Below are positions 38,594 through 48,524 of a stretch of DNA of 64,000 nucleotides, piece after piece. Each line of letters begins with the position of its first letter. Positions within the stretch are counted from its first letter, which is position 1. The stretch comes from Rhodospirillaceae bacterium UBA3470 (GTDB taxonomy: Bacteria; Pseudomonadota; Alphaproteobacteria; Rhodospirillales; Casp-alpha2), in contig DFRF01000041.1 of assembly GCA_002378125.1 (NCBI GenBank), positions 420-64,419 of the forward strand. The letters are read 5' to 3'. The notes beneath the pieces were generated by a model. It was not told the origin of the DNA. It was given only the letters and a program-made list of their open reading frames with translations, and ran no database searches. A program made the translations under genes and the position numbers.

Positions 38594-39763
38594 GTGACCC
38601 TTCCCGTTCATGACCCGGTGGCACTTTCAAAAGCGCTGATCCGCCGGCCGAGCGTGACGCCCGCAGACGAAGGAGCACTGGGTGTACTGGAAGAGCATCT
38701 GGTCCCGCTCGGCTTTACCTGCCAACGGCTGCCGTTCACTGAGGACGGCACGCCGGATGTAGATAACCTCTATGCCCGGTTCGGTGAAGAGTGCCCCAAT
38801 CTTTGTTTTGCCGGGCATACGGACGTGGTGCCGCCCGGAGATTTGGCGGACTGGACTAGCGATCCGTTTCAACCGGAAATTCGGGACGGCCGTCTTTACG
38901 GCCGGGGCGCGGCCGATATGAAATGTGCCATTGCTGCCTTCGTGGCGGCGGCATCACGCTTAGTCGCGGCGTTTGGTGACAAAATCCCAGGCTCCATTTC
39001 GCTTTTGATCACCGGCGACGAAGAGGGGCCGGCCATCAACGGTACGGTTAAGATGCTGGATTGGCTGCGCGCGAACGGCGAGGCCTTAGACGCCTGCGTA
39101 GTAGGCGAGCCAACCAATATCAACGTGCTTGGCGACATGATCAAAATCGGCCGGCGCGGGTCTATGAACGCGACCGTTACGGTGCATGGGACACAAGGCC
39201 ACGTGGCCTACCCAGCGCTTGCCGATAACCCGGTGCCTCGGCTGCTTCGGTTCCTTAAGATCGTGGATGACCACATCTTTGACGCTGGCACCAATCATTT
39301 CCCGCCAACCAACCTGGAAATCACCACCATCGACGTCGGCAATGCGACGACCAACCTGATCCCAGCAAGGGCGACAGCCAGGCTCAACATCCGCTTCAAC
39401 GACCAGCACTCGGGCAGCAGCCTCTCTGAATATCTGGAAACCGTCCGGGCTCAGGTGGACGGCAATACGGGTGCCATCGACATGGATATTTCCATTTCGG
39501 GGGAAGCCTTTCTGACGCCACCGGGTGATTTGAGCGACCTGGTGGCCAACGCAGTTACGGCGGTCAGCGGCGAGACCCCGGAACTGTCGACCACGGGCGG
39601 CACGTCGGACGCGCGATTCATCAAGGACCATTGCCCGGTGGTGGAGCTTGGCCTGATCAACGCCACCGCCCACAAAGTCGACGAAAACGCCCGTGTCGAT
39701 GATATCTACGCCTTAGCGGAGATCTACGAGCGGGTGTTGGCCGACTACTTCGGATTGGCCTGA
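38594..39763 (+). CDS. dapE: succinyl-diaminopimelate desuccinylase
   Basis: 389 aa M20 peptidase with [16 protein letters not shown] and ITGDEEG. It lies directly after dapD. Confidence 0.92.
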   Translation: MTLPVHDPVALSKALIRRPSVTPADEGALGVLEEHLVPLGFTCQRLPFTEDGTPDVDNLYARFGEECPNLCFAGHTDVVPPGDLADWTSDPFQPEIRDGRLYGRGAADMKCAIAAFVAAASRLVAAFGDKIPGSISLLITGDEEGPAINGTVKMLDWLRANGEALDACVVGEPTNINVLGDMIKIGRRGSMNATVTVHGTQGHVAYPALADNPVPRLLRFLKIVDDHIFDAGTNHFPPTNLEITTIDVGNATTNLIPARATARLNIRFNDQHSGSSLSEYLETVRAQVDGNTGAIDMDISISGEAFLTPPGDLSDLVANAVTAVSGETPELSTTGGTSDARFIKDHCPVVELGLINATAHKVDENARVDDIYALAEIYERVLADYFGLA

Positions 39764-40341
39764 TGCTGCCGTTGGCGCACATGGTCGCCTACATTTCGGT
39801 CGGGCTTTCGGGCGCGGTGCGACTGGTCAAGCTGGACACCAAAGGGCTCGATTATTTCGGCGACACGACCGCCGATTTCTGGCGGTCGTTCCTAGCCGCC
39901 GCCATGGTGGTTCCACTGTTCCTTCTGTACTTGGTAATCCGCTTCGTCGGATCGGACACGGACAGCTCATTTCCTGCCTACCTTGTCGCCCAGCTACTGG
40001 CCTACGCCATTGCCTGGTTGGCGTTTCCGCTGATCATGCTGTACATGGCCCCAATTCTGCAAAAAGAAGACAAGGTGGTCCGCTACCTGGTCGCCTACAA
40101 CTGGCTGTCGGTAATCCAGAACGGGGTTTATCTGCCAGTGGTCATACTCGGGATAACCGGTACCTTCGCGCAGGGGCTGTCCAATTTTCTGGCCATGATC
40201 GCCCTCATGTGGGTCTTAGGCATGACGTTGTTCGTAACCCGCAAAGCGCTTGAAGTGCCAATCGGAACGGCGGCAGGGATTGTCGTCATGGATCTGTTGT
40301 TGGGCGTGCTTATCGAGGTGCTAACCAGTCGGCCAGGTTGA
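39763..40341 (+). CDS. hypothetical integral membrane protein
   Basis: The ATG overlaps the dapE stop (ATGA). It is 192 aa with about 5 TM helices. No family was recognised. Confidence 0.65.
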   Translation: MLPLAHMVAYISVGLSGAVRLVKLDTKGLDYFGDTTADFWRSFLAAAMVVPLFLLYLVIRFVGSDTDSSFPAYLVAQLLAYAIAWLAFPLIMLYMAPILQKEDKVVRYLVAYNWLSVIQNGVYLPVVILGITGTFAQGLSNFLAMIALMWVLGMTLFVTRKALEVPIGTAAGIVVMDLLLGVLIEVLTSRPG

Positions 40342-40345
40342 GGCC

Positions 40346-40741
40346 TCAGACCTCGGTGGCCTCATCACTCATCCCAATTGAGCGCATAAATTCTAAGGCA
40401 GGCTTCATGAGCTCATCAATATCGAACATGACATATAAGGTGCCCATGCCGACGATCAGCCAGAGCTTCGGCGAGGTGATGAACCCAGCCACGGCCAGCA
40501 TCAATCCGACCGCGCCCCATACGGATTGGCCTAGAAACAGGGCCGCGATGGAAAAGATCAGCCCCAATGGCATGAACACGAACCCAATCGTGAAAATACC
40601 CAAGAGGCCAAAGCCCACGGCACAATAGCCCATGACTGGGGTGGTCGGCGCGACGGCCTGCTGTTGGGCCGCACCCGCCGGGGCAGCGTTGAACTGGGCC
40701 TGTGCGTCGCCACTGTTCAGACTGAGAGGTATCTTGCTCAT
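40346..40741 (-). CDS. hypothetical membrane protein with an Ala/Gln-rich N-terminus
   Basis: 131 aa with a low-complexity N-terminal third followed by 3 TM segments. It is convergent with the preceding gene, with a 4 nt gap. Confidence 0.6.
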   Translation of the reverse strand: MSKIPLSLNSGDAQAQFNAAPAGAAQQQAVAPTTPVMGYCAVGFGLLGIFTIGFVFMPLGLIFSIAALFLGQSVWGAVGLMLAVAGFITSPKLWLIVGMGTLYVMFDIDELMKPALEFMRSIGMSDEATEV

Positions 40742-40792
40742 GGTGGTTCTGTATAAGCGTACGGAAACACAAGGGCAATGGGACCAAAATTT

Positions 40793-41548
40793 TTAGATCT
40801 CTGTCGTTTCGCCATAGCGCACCCCCGTTAAGTAAAGGCCGGCGGCCGGCGCCGTTGGCCCACCGGCGCATCGGTCCTTGGCAGCCAGGGCGTCTTTCAG
40901 ATGGCCGCGGGTCCATTTACCGTCCCCAACCCAGGCGAGCGAGCCGACGATGTTACGGACCTGGTGGTGCAGAAACGACCGGGCCCGTGCGACAACGTGG
41001 ATTTCGTTACCCGATGTCTGAACCGTCAGCTCATCTAAGGTCTTCACGGGCGACTTCGCCTGACACACGCTGGCTCTAAAGCTGGTGAAATCGTGCGTGC
41101 CCAAAAGCACCGTCGCGGCGTCCGCCATTGCGACGGCGTCCAGTCTTGCTGGCACCCACCAGGCCAGGCCCGCATCCATTGTCAGGGGCGCGCGCCGGTT
41201 CACAATACGATAGCGATAGGAACGCTCGACGGCGGAGAACCGGGCATGGAAGTCGACCGACGTGACCGCCACGCCCAAAACGCTGGCGGGCGTCTCTTTC
41301 AAGTACGCGTTCAGAGCGTCGCGAATCGTATCAGTGGCCCATTCCTTCGCCAGATCCATGTGCGCCACCTGCGCGAGAGCGTGAACACCGGAGTCGGTGC
41401 GGCCCGCGCCATGCACCGTAACCACCTCGCCAGAGAACCCCCGGACTGCCTCTTCGAGGGCCTGCTGTACGCCCAAACCGCTATCCTGACGCTGCCATCC
41501 AACGAACCCACGGCCATCATATTCAAGGGTCAATCTGTAACGCGGCAC
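40793..41548 (-). CDS. truA: tRNA pseudouridine(38-40) synthase
   Basis: ORF 40793..41644 trimmed to GTG 41548 (AGGAGGG 5 nt upstream), giving VPRYRLTLEYDGRGFVGWQRQ. The catalytic motif GAGRTDSGVHA is present. Confidence 0.9.
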   Translation of the reverse strand: MPRYRLTLEYDGRGFVGWQRQDSGLGVQQALEEAVRGFSGEVVTVHGAGRTDSGVHALAQVAHMDLAKEWATDTIRDALNAYLKETPASVLGVAVTSVDFHARFSAVERSYRYRIVNRRAPLTMDAGLAWWVPARLDAVAMADAATVLLGTHDFTSFRASVCQAKSPVKTLDELTVQTSGNEIHVVARARSFLHHQVRNIVGSLAWVGDGKWTRGHLKDALAAKDRCAGGPTAPAAGLYLTGVRYGETTEI

Positions 41549-41616
41549 CCGATCCCTCCTGTGGGGTGGAATATGATTTGTACTATGCCCTGTCCGCCCT
41601 ATTTTTGACCATCCGC

Positions 41617-41894
41617 ATGATCCAGGGAGAGATTTCCACTGCAATCCAATGTATTGAGATTAACAATCGCGACAACCACTATTACAGCAACCTGAAACCG
41701 GACCGAGGTCGCGTCATATACTCCCGCGGTCAGCCCCCCTGATCGCGGAGGTCTATGGACATGACGAGCTGAAGATACAGGGCTTCAACGACTTGGTAGG
41801 GCTATTCCAGAGCTCGGGCATTGCCAAGGCACCGGCGAAGATCATAAATATTAAGCATGACGCGCGGATGCTTGCGGCGCTGGGCGCCGACTAA
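41617..41894 (+). pseudogene. about 92-codon orphan ORF interrupted by a -1 frameshift in a C6 tract
   Basis: ATG 41617 opens MIQGEISTAIQCIEINNRDNHYYSNLKPDRGRVIYSRGQPP*, which stops right after CAGCCCCCCTGA. One extra C would continue the frame as LIAEVYGHDELKIQGFNDLVGLFQSSGIAKAPAKIINIKHDARMLAALGAD* (stop at 41892-41894). Confidence 0.4.
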
Positions 41895-42826
41895 CCAAAC
41901 TTTGTGCCGACGTTGATTGGGTTACCCCGCAAATAGTCGGCGACGGTCACGGGGCCTTTTCCAGGGCGCTGCAGGCGGTCGATGCCGATCGCGCCATGGC
42001 CGCAGGCAACCGTTAACATCGGCGCCACGACTGTCCCGGCCGGGCCTTCGTGTTCTGTCACATGAGCGCCTAGAACCTTAATGCGTTGCCCTTCGTGTTC
42101 AAACCAGACACCTGGCCAAGGGTTCAGCCCTCGTACAAGGCGTTCAATATGGGCTGCAGAGATGGACCAATCGATGCGCCCTTCAGCTTTCTCCAACTTC
42201 GGCGCATAGGTAACACACGCATTGGGCTGTGCTGCCCCGCTTAGCGTGCCGGCAGCAATCCCGTCGAGGGCGGAAACCATGAGCGGCCCTCCTAGATCCG
42301 CAAGGGTATCGTGGAGACCCTGGGCGGTCGTTTGGGCCGTGATGGCGACCTCAGCAGTGGCGAACATGGGGCCTGTGTCTAGACCTTCCTCCATTCCCAT
42401 TACCGTGACCCCGGTGATCGCATCGCCAGCCAGAATAGCGCGCTGAATAGGGGCGGCGCCGCGCCAGCGAGGCAACAGTGATGCATGAACATTTAAGCAA
42501 CCCAACCGGGGCGCGGCAAGTACGTCGGCCGGCAAAATGAGGCCATAGGCGGCAACCACCGCCGCGTCTAGGTCGAGCTCGACGAAATCTTGGCGATCAG
42601 ATTCTGCCTTAAAATTGACCACCGTGCGCACATCCAGTCCTCGCGCCAAGGCCTCCGCATGGACGGAACAGTGCCGCTCCTTATGACCGCGACCGGCCGG
42701 TCGCGGCGGCTGGGCGTATACACAAGCGATCTCGTGGCCGGCATCCAAGAGGGCGGCGAGTATGGGCACAGCGAAGTCAGGGCTGCCCATGAAGGCGAGA
42801 CGCAAGGGGGTGTTGGCAATTATCAT
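41891..42826 (-). CDS. fmt: methionyl-tRNA formyltransferase
   Basis: 311 aa with HASLLPRWRGAAPIQRAIL. It lies downstream of def. Confidence 0.95.
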   Translation of the reverse strand: MIIANTPLRLAFMGSPDFAVPILAALLDAGHEIACVYAQPPRPAGRGHKERHCSVHAEALARGLDVRTVVNFKAESDRQDFVELDLDAAVVAAYGLILPADVLAAPRLGCLNVHASLLPRWRGAAPIQRAILAGDAITGVTVMGMEEGLDTGPMFATAEVAITAQTTAQGLHDTLADLGGPLMVSALDGIAAGTLSGAAQPNACVTYAPKLEKAEGRIDWSISAAHIERLVRGLNPWPGVWFEHEGQRIKVLGAHVTEHEGPAGTVVAPMLTVACGHGAIGIDRLQRPGKGPVTVADYLRGNPINVGTKFG

Positions 42827-42837
42827 CGCACCGCCGC

Positions 42838-43356
42838 CTAGTCTTCTGTCGCCTGTTTCTTCACCTTTTTCAGCTTGCGCAGGATCATATTACGCTTCAG
42901 CGCCGAAATGTGGTCGACGAACAAGATACCTTCGAGATGGTCCATTTCGTGTTGAATACAGGTCGCCAGAATGCCGTCAGCATCCATCTCCAGAACCTTA
43001 TTGTTCTCATCTAGATAACGGAGAGTGATACTCTCCGGACGGACCACGTCGGCATAGTGCTCCGGCAGGGATAGGCATCCTTCCTCATGGGCGTTGTCAT
43101 CGGAAGAAACGGCGATGATGTGCGGATTGGCCATCCGGATCGGTGCGGGACCATCATCCTGACGGGCGCAATCCACAACGATGACGCTGCGCGTATCGCC
43201 GACCTGCGGGGCAGCGAGACCGATGCCGTTTGCCGCGTACATGGTTTCCAACATGTCGTCCATGAGGGCGCGCACGGAATCGTCAACATTATCGACGGGC
43301 TTGGTTTTGATCTTCAGGCGCGGATCAGGCGCAATTATGATGGGCATCAGGGCCAT
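42838..43356 (-). CDS. def: peptide deformylase
   Basis: 172 aa with motifs GIGLAAPQVG, EGCLS and QHEMDHL. Confidence 0.96.
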   Translation of the reverse strand: MALMPIIIAPDPRLKIKTKPVDNVDDSVRALMDDMLETMYAANGIGLAAPQVGDTRSVIVVDCARQDDGPAPIRMANPHIIAVSSDDNAHEEGCLSLPEHYADVVRPESITLRYLDENNKVLEMDADGILATCIQHEMDHLEGILFVDHISALKRNMILRKLKKVKKQATED

Positions 43357-43651
43357 GCGGCAAGGGGCTCGGTTCCGTTAACTCGTGGACCTGGACATAG
43401 GCGCTGGGAGGCTAGACGTCAAGATGAGTGGGGCTTATCGCAGGCCGACCGATTTAATTGGGTTGAACAGAAACGGGGACACGCGGCAAACTAATGGCGA
43501 AACTATTTGGACCTGGCGGGCGTGCCGCAAATCACCTTGGATGTCCAATACGCGAGAGCCTCCTAATGAAGCGATCAACAGGAGCCCGCCCAAGCTTGTC
43601 CCACCGGCAGCCCCCGCGCTAGGCTAGGCGCCAATGGGAGGAGCCATCATC

Positions 43652-45262
43652 ATGCAGACAAGCCCGGAACCCCAGGCGGATTACATTATCATCGGCGCCG
43701 GCTCCGCCGGCGCGGCTTTGGCGCATCGGCTGAGCGAAGATTCAGACACCCACGTTCTGCTATTCGAAGCCGGCAAAGCAAGCCACCCCTACACGCCGTT
43801 ACCAATCAGCTTCGGTCTGTTGATTGATCGGCCCGGTCCGAACTGGCGGTTCTTCTCGGAACCCGAGGAGACCACCGCGAACCGCAAGATCCCGGTGCCG
43901 CGCGGTAAGCTGCTGGGTGGATCATCGGCCATCAACGGCCAAGTCTGGGTGCGCGGGCAACATCTCGACTACGACACTTGGAGCCAACTGGGAAACCGAG
44001 GCTGGAGCTGGTCCGCCGTCGCTCCAATCTTCAAGCGGATGGAAAACTACGAGAAGGGTGGCGACGAGCTGCGTGGCGGTAACGGCCCCCAAGGCGTGAG
44101 CGAGGTCGACGATCAGAACCCGCTCTATGATGCCATCCTAGATGCGGCCGAAGCTGCCGGTCACCCCCGCAATCCGGATTACAACGGTGCCGATCAGGAA
44201 GGCATGGTACGCACCCAGGCCTCGATCCGGAACGGCCGGCGCATGAGCACGGCTGAATGTTACTTAAAAACTGCCCGCCACCGGCAAAACCTGACCATCG
44301 TCACCGAAGCTCACACCAACCAACTTATTCTGGAGGGCAAGCGCTGCGTCGGCGTCACCTATGAGCGTGGCGGTCAAATCCACGAGGCGCGCGCACGCCG
44401 CGAAGTGATCTTATCCGCAGGCGCCATTGGGTCACCGCACATTCTGGAACTTTCAGGTATTGGCCAGCCAGATCTGTTGAAGACGCACGGGATCGAGGTG
44501 TTGCACGAGATGGATGCGGTTGGGGAGAACCTGCGTGACCACATTATCGCCCGCATGCAATGGAAATTGAGCCAGACCCATCTGTCCTATAACCACCGCG
44601 CGTCGGGTCTCGGGCTTGTCGGCGAAGTCGCCCGCTATCTGCTCACGCGGCGCGGTTTCCTGAGCCTGCCCGCGGCCCCGGTCATGGGATTCTTGAAATC
44701 CCGTCCTGAACTGGCGAGCCCAGACATTCAGTTGTTCGCCATCCCCTATGCCATCAAGGACGTGAAACGTCGCACTCCGCAACCGTTTCCAGCCATGGGG
44801 TTTTCCGTTTGCCAGCTTCGGCCGGAAAGCCTCGGTTCCATCCATATTCGATCCGCCGACCCTTACGCTCAGCCAGCAATTCGCTTTAACTTCATGGGCG
44901 AGCGAATTGACCAGGAGACGATGATCGCTAGCGTGAAGATGGCCCGCGAGATCGCAGACCAGGCCCCGCTTGAGAAGATCCGAGGCGTCGAACTCGTGCC
45001 CGGGGCCGACGTCAGTACCGATGGCGAGATCGAACACTGGATCCGATCGACCTCGGAAACCGCCTACCACCCAATCGGCACCTGCCGGATGGGGCCAAAT
45101 GGGGTCGTCGACGACCATCTGCGGGTTTATGGCTTGGAGGGCCTGCGGGTTGCGGATGCATCCATATTCCCCACCATGCCATCGGGCAACACCAATGCCC
45201 CCAGCATCATGGTCGGCGAAAAATGCGCCGATCTGATCAAGGCCGATGCCGCCGCCACGTGA
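43652..45262 (+). CDS. GMC family oxidoreductase (choline dehydrogenase-like)
   Basis: ORF trimmed to ATG 43652 (GGAGGAG 8 nt upstream). It has an FAD fold (DYIIIGAGSAGAALAHRLS) and GMC signatures (GGSSAINGQVWVRG, C-terminal HPIGTCRMG). Confidence 0.9.
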   Translation: MQTSPEPQADYIIIGAGSAGAALAHRLSEDSDTHVLLFEAGKASHPYTPLPISFGLLIDRPGPNWRFFSEPEETTANRKIPVPRGKLLGGSSAINGQVWVRGQHLDYDTWSQLGNRGWSWSAVAPIFKRMENYEKGGDELRGGNGPQGVSEVDDQNPLYDAILDAAEAAGHPRNPDYNGADQEGMVRTQASIRNGRRMSTAECYLKTARHRQNLTIVTEAHTNQLILEGKRCVGVTYERGGQIHEARARREVILSAGAIGSPHILELSGIGQPDLLKTHGIEVLHEMDAVGENLRDHIIARMQWKLSQTHLSYNHRASGLGLVGEVARYLLTRRGFLSLPAAPVMGFLKSRPELASPDIQLFAIPYAIKDVKRRTPQPFPAMGFSVCQLRPESLGSIHIRSADPYAQPAIRFNFMGERIDQETMIASVKMAREIADQAPLEKIRGVELVPGADVSTDGEIEHWIRSTSETAYHPIGTCRMGPNGVVDDHLRVYGLEGLRVADASIFPTMPSGNTNAPSIMVGEKCADLIKADAAAT

Positions 45263-45584
45263 GTGAAAAACGAACCATACTCGGCGGCACGCCTTCCGTA
45301 TTGTTCACAGGGGCCGAGAGCCTGCAACCAGCCTTCGTCAATCTGGTCTTGAATGCCGTCATTTCTTCCGAAACCGTACACGGCTTCCTTCACGAGAACA
45401 GCGCCAACTCGGGGCAGCCGTTCGCGTCCCTAAAACAGTTGTTGGGCATGCTGCTTGCATTCTTCGCCAGAAACCTGGACGGCGCACTCAAGAACGCACC
45501 GCATAACCAATCTCGTCGCTGTTCATTGAGGCGGGGGTAACGACCCCGGCATGCCATCTCAAATGACGAGGCCGTTAGGCTGAA

Positions 45585-46538
45585 TCATCGACCCGCTTTC
45601 AAGGTTAGGGCCGTCTCGGCCTCGTTACCGTCGCGAAGATAACGGACCGAAAGCGTATCGCCAGGCCGACGCATAAAGATCGCGGTGCGGACATCAGATG
45701 GCAAAACAATCGAACGATCATCGATGCTGGTCACAATGTCGCCAACCTCAAGACCCGACGCTTCGGCGGCGCTGCCGGGAATGATCCGGGCGACGCGCGC
45801 GCCGCTCCATTGCCGTCGGCCCTCTAGCGACAATGGCTCCGTCAGAAGCCCTGCCCGTCCGATCTTGACCCGACCATAATTCTTAATATCCCAACCAACC
45901 CGCCGCACGAGGCCCATGGCGGCGGCAAAATTGACGCCTATATCAGCATCGCTTTTCTTGGTGAAGATTGCAGAGACAATGCCTACCAACCGGCCCTCGC
46001 CATCCACCAACGCGCCACCCGATCCGCCCGGGTTTACGGATGCGTCGGTCTGGATAAAATCCTCGATGGGGTTAAAACCGGCGTGCGTCCGCCGACGCGC
46101 CGAAACCACGCCGCAGGTGACGCTGAGGCCCAAGCCAAATTGATTGCCGATGGCGCAAACTCGTCCGCCAAGCTTTGGCACCGACGCCGTTTGCGGGACA
46201 GGGAATTCCATGGGCGCCTTCAAGAGAGCCAAATCCGTCCGGGGATCACGGCCAACAATGTCAACCGCGACAAAGCGCCCGTTGGCCAAGCGGATATCCA
46301 CTTTCGCCGCCCGGCCCAATACGTGCGCGTTGGTAACCAGATAGCCGCCATCAAACACCGCCACCGCCGTACCCTCCGGCGCATCCCGCGTCCCAGTGCC
46401 GCCGCGCGACATCTGCCCGGGCCTCGCGGGAATAACGGCAACGACGGAATTCATGATCTTCGGATCAAATGACAGGCCGGCAATCGACCAGGTCCCAGCA
46501 ACCAACAATGCGACCGCGAATAACAGTATGGAAGCCAT
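45585..46538 (-). CDS. S1C (DegP/HtrA-like) serine protease with C-terminal PDZ domain
   Basis: ORF trimmed to ATG 46538, which gives a signal/anchor (MASILLFAVALLVAGTWSIAG). The catalytic triad is intact: TNAHV, TDLALL, NPGGSGGAL. Confidence 0.88.
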   Translation of the reverse strand: MASILLFAVALLVAGTWSIAGLSFDPKIMNSVVAVIPARPGQMSRGGTGTRDAPEGTAVAVFDGGYLVTNAHVLGRAAKVDIRLANGRFVAVDIVGRDPRTDLALLKAPMEFPVPQTASVPKLGGRVCAIGNQFGLGLSVTCGVVSARRRTHAGFNPIEDFIQTDASVNPGGSGGALVDGEGRLVGIVSAIFTKKSDADIGVNFAAAMGLVRRVGWDIKNYGRVKIGRAGLLTEPLSLEGRRQWSGARVARIIPGSAAEASGLEVGDIVTSIDDRSIVLPSDVRTAIFMRRPGDTLSVRYLRDGNEAETALTLKAGR

Positions 46539-46879
46539 ACGCAAATAACACCATCGGGAGACTTTGCAGCGGATCATAACCGGGAGTATAAGGGGGCGCC
46601 CACCGACACGCGAGGCCCAAACAAGAAAAGCTCAGATGGCACTTTTCAACTATCCGCGCGCAATTCACGCGCGTGCGCCGGTGCCACCAGAATTCAGGCT
46701 CCACTCGAAGGCCAGGTGGCCGGCAAGGACGAGGTCGCGGCGGACCCGGCGCTGGCGGGAATCGGGAATTCCGCACGGGCGATGTGGCTCTCGAAAACTG
46801 GAAAAATTAGGAACGCGGCAAGAGCCGCCCTAATACCGTGCTCGACTTCCCCTGCTTCTAACTTCAGCGCGCTCCGCGG

Positions 46880-48493
46880 CTAGACTTCCATAACCATGCC
46901 ATCGCGGCCCGGGTCAGCGCCGCCGTCCCATTGGCTACCCTTGATCCGAATGCCATGCACACCGGCGAAATGGTAGCTGAGGTAGGTCCGGCGCACCGGA
47001 TAGCCTCGGCCCTTCAGTTCCGCCTCAACGAAACGCGGGATGCGGTTAGCAATATCGATGGTGTCCGACGTCGTGCAGAACCGGGGCGCCGAGATGGCCT
47101 GCTGCGCATCCATACCAAAATCGATGACGTTTAGAATCGCCTGTAACACGCCCATGGTAATGAAGGTGCCACCGGGCGCGCCAACAACGAAATAAGGCTT
47201 GTCCCCATCGAAAACGATGCTTGGCGCCATCGCCGTGAACCGAGATTTGCCGGGCGCTAGGGAATCAGGGTTTCCGGGACGTGGGTCGAAAACAGCCATG
47301 CAGCCGTTGTACATGAACCCAAGCCCGTCGGAGACCACCCCCGACGGCATGCCCAGGGAATGAGTCATCGACACACAGTTACCAAACTCATCCACCGTGG
47401 ACACCTGGGTCGTGTCCTTTGACTCCGCACCGCCGGCGGCAACCAGGCGCGGCACGTGTGTCTTTACGCCGGATTTGATCCGCTCAGCCAGCCCAGCGGC
47501 ATAACCTTTGTCGCACAGGTGGTCCAGGGGCACATCTACGAAACGCGGATCTCCCACGTGGCTGTCCTTGTCCACGGTAGCGATCTTCATGGATTCGGAC
47601 ACGACAGCGATGTAGTCGGCGGAGTTGTGACCCATGGCGGCCAGGTCAAAATTCTCCAGGATGTTGAGCATTTCCAACACCATCACCCCGCCAGTGGGCG
47701 GCGGCGGCACGGCAATGCGATAGCCCCGGTATTCCCCCCAAAGTGGTTCGTGGTCCTCAGGCATAGCCGCCTTTAGGTCGTAATGGGAGATCAAACCGCC
47801 GTTGGCCTGCATATCACGAACGACCTCATCGGCGATAGCGCCGGTATAGAAATCGTCAACCCCGTTCTTAGCGACGCGTCGCAGAGTGTTCGCCATATCG
47901 GGGTTGCGCAGAATTTCCCCAGGGCGACGCAAGGTGCCGTCCTCCTTGAAGTAGATCTTGCGGCTGCCTTCCGAGCACTTAAACTTCTCGATCTGGGGGA
48001 CGCGGCCGGTGCCCTCTTTGACCTCCCAGAAATAACTCACGTGGGGGCGCACCATGAACCCGCTTTCCGCATAGTCGATCGCCGGCTCCAGAAGCGTCGC
48101 GAGGTTCATGGTTCCGAAGCGTTTCAGCGCTTCATCATAGGCACGAAGGCTCATGGGCGAGGTGATCGAACCATAACCCATCTCATTAACCCGGCCTTTG
48201 AGGATGAAGCCAAACCCATCCTCGGCCTCATGTTCGATGAGGTCCGCCCACATATCCGGGGTTACCGCTAACGGCGCGCGGCCATGGAAATCGAGCAAGA
48301 GATGCTCGCCGCGATCTGCCATATAGAGATGCATGGATCCGAATCCAGCGATTCCACACATCTGCGGATCGACGACGGTCTGCACCACTGCGCAAGCAAT
48401 TGCCGCATCGACGGCGTTCCCACCGTTCTTCAAGGCCAAGGCTCCCGCCTCGACGGCCTCCGGCTGCGGGGCCGATACCATTCCATGGGTCAT
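46880..48493 (-). CDS. gamma-glutamyltransferase family protein (no signal peptide)
   Basis: 537 aa with RBS AAGGAG. The autoprocessing/nucleophile region is ESKDTTQVSTVDEFGNCVSMTHSLG. The N-terminus (MTHGMVSAPQPEAVEAG) lacks a secretion signal. Confidence 0.88.
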   Translation of the reverse strand: MTHGMVSAPQPEAVEAGALALKNGGNAVDAAIACAVVQTVVDPQMCGIAGFGSMHLYMADRGEHLLLDFHGRAPLAVTPDMWADLIEHEAEDGFGFILKGRVNEMGYGSITSPMSLRAYDEALKRFGTMNLATLLEPAIDYAESGFMVRPHVSYFWEVKEGTGRVPQIEKFKCSEGSRKIYFKEDGTLRRPGEILRNPDMANTLRRVAKNGVDDFYTGAIADEVVRDMQANGGLISHYDLKAAMPEDHEPLWGEYRGYRIAVPPPPTGGVMVLEMLNILENFDLAAMGHNSADYIAVVSESMKIATVDKDSHVGDPRFVDVPLDHLCDKGYAAGLAERIKSGVKTHVPRLVAAGGAESKDTTQVSTVDEFGNCVSMTHSLGMPSGVVSDGLGFMYNGCMAVFDPRPGNPDSLAPGKSRFTAMAPSIVFDGDKPYFVVGAPGGTFITMGVLQAILNVIDFGMDAQQAISAPRFCTTSDTIDIANRIPRFVEAELKGRGYPVRRTYLSYHFAGVHGIRIKGSQWDGGADPGRDGMVMEV

Positions 48494-48524
48494 CTTAGCT
48501 TTCTCCTTCGACCAGGCGGGGTAT

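Noticed and set aside
39086-39673. 195 aa ORF antisense to dapE. Similar antisense ORFs occur at 21179..21718, 44453..45118, 37569..38084, 37924..38424 and 63130..63852
   Set aside because: Each is embedded in a gene with strong family motifs on the other strand. All are Arg/Gly/Pro-rich, as expected for antisense frames.
45263-45584. ORFs 45223..45540(+) and 45127..45393(-) in the spacer after the GMC oxidoreductase
   Set aside because: Both overlap the GMC gene end, and neither has an RBS or a recognisable motif. The minus frame has an in-frame TAG. They may be relics, but the support is too weak to call.
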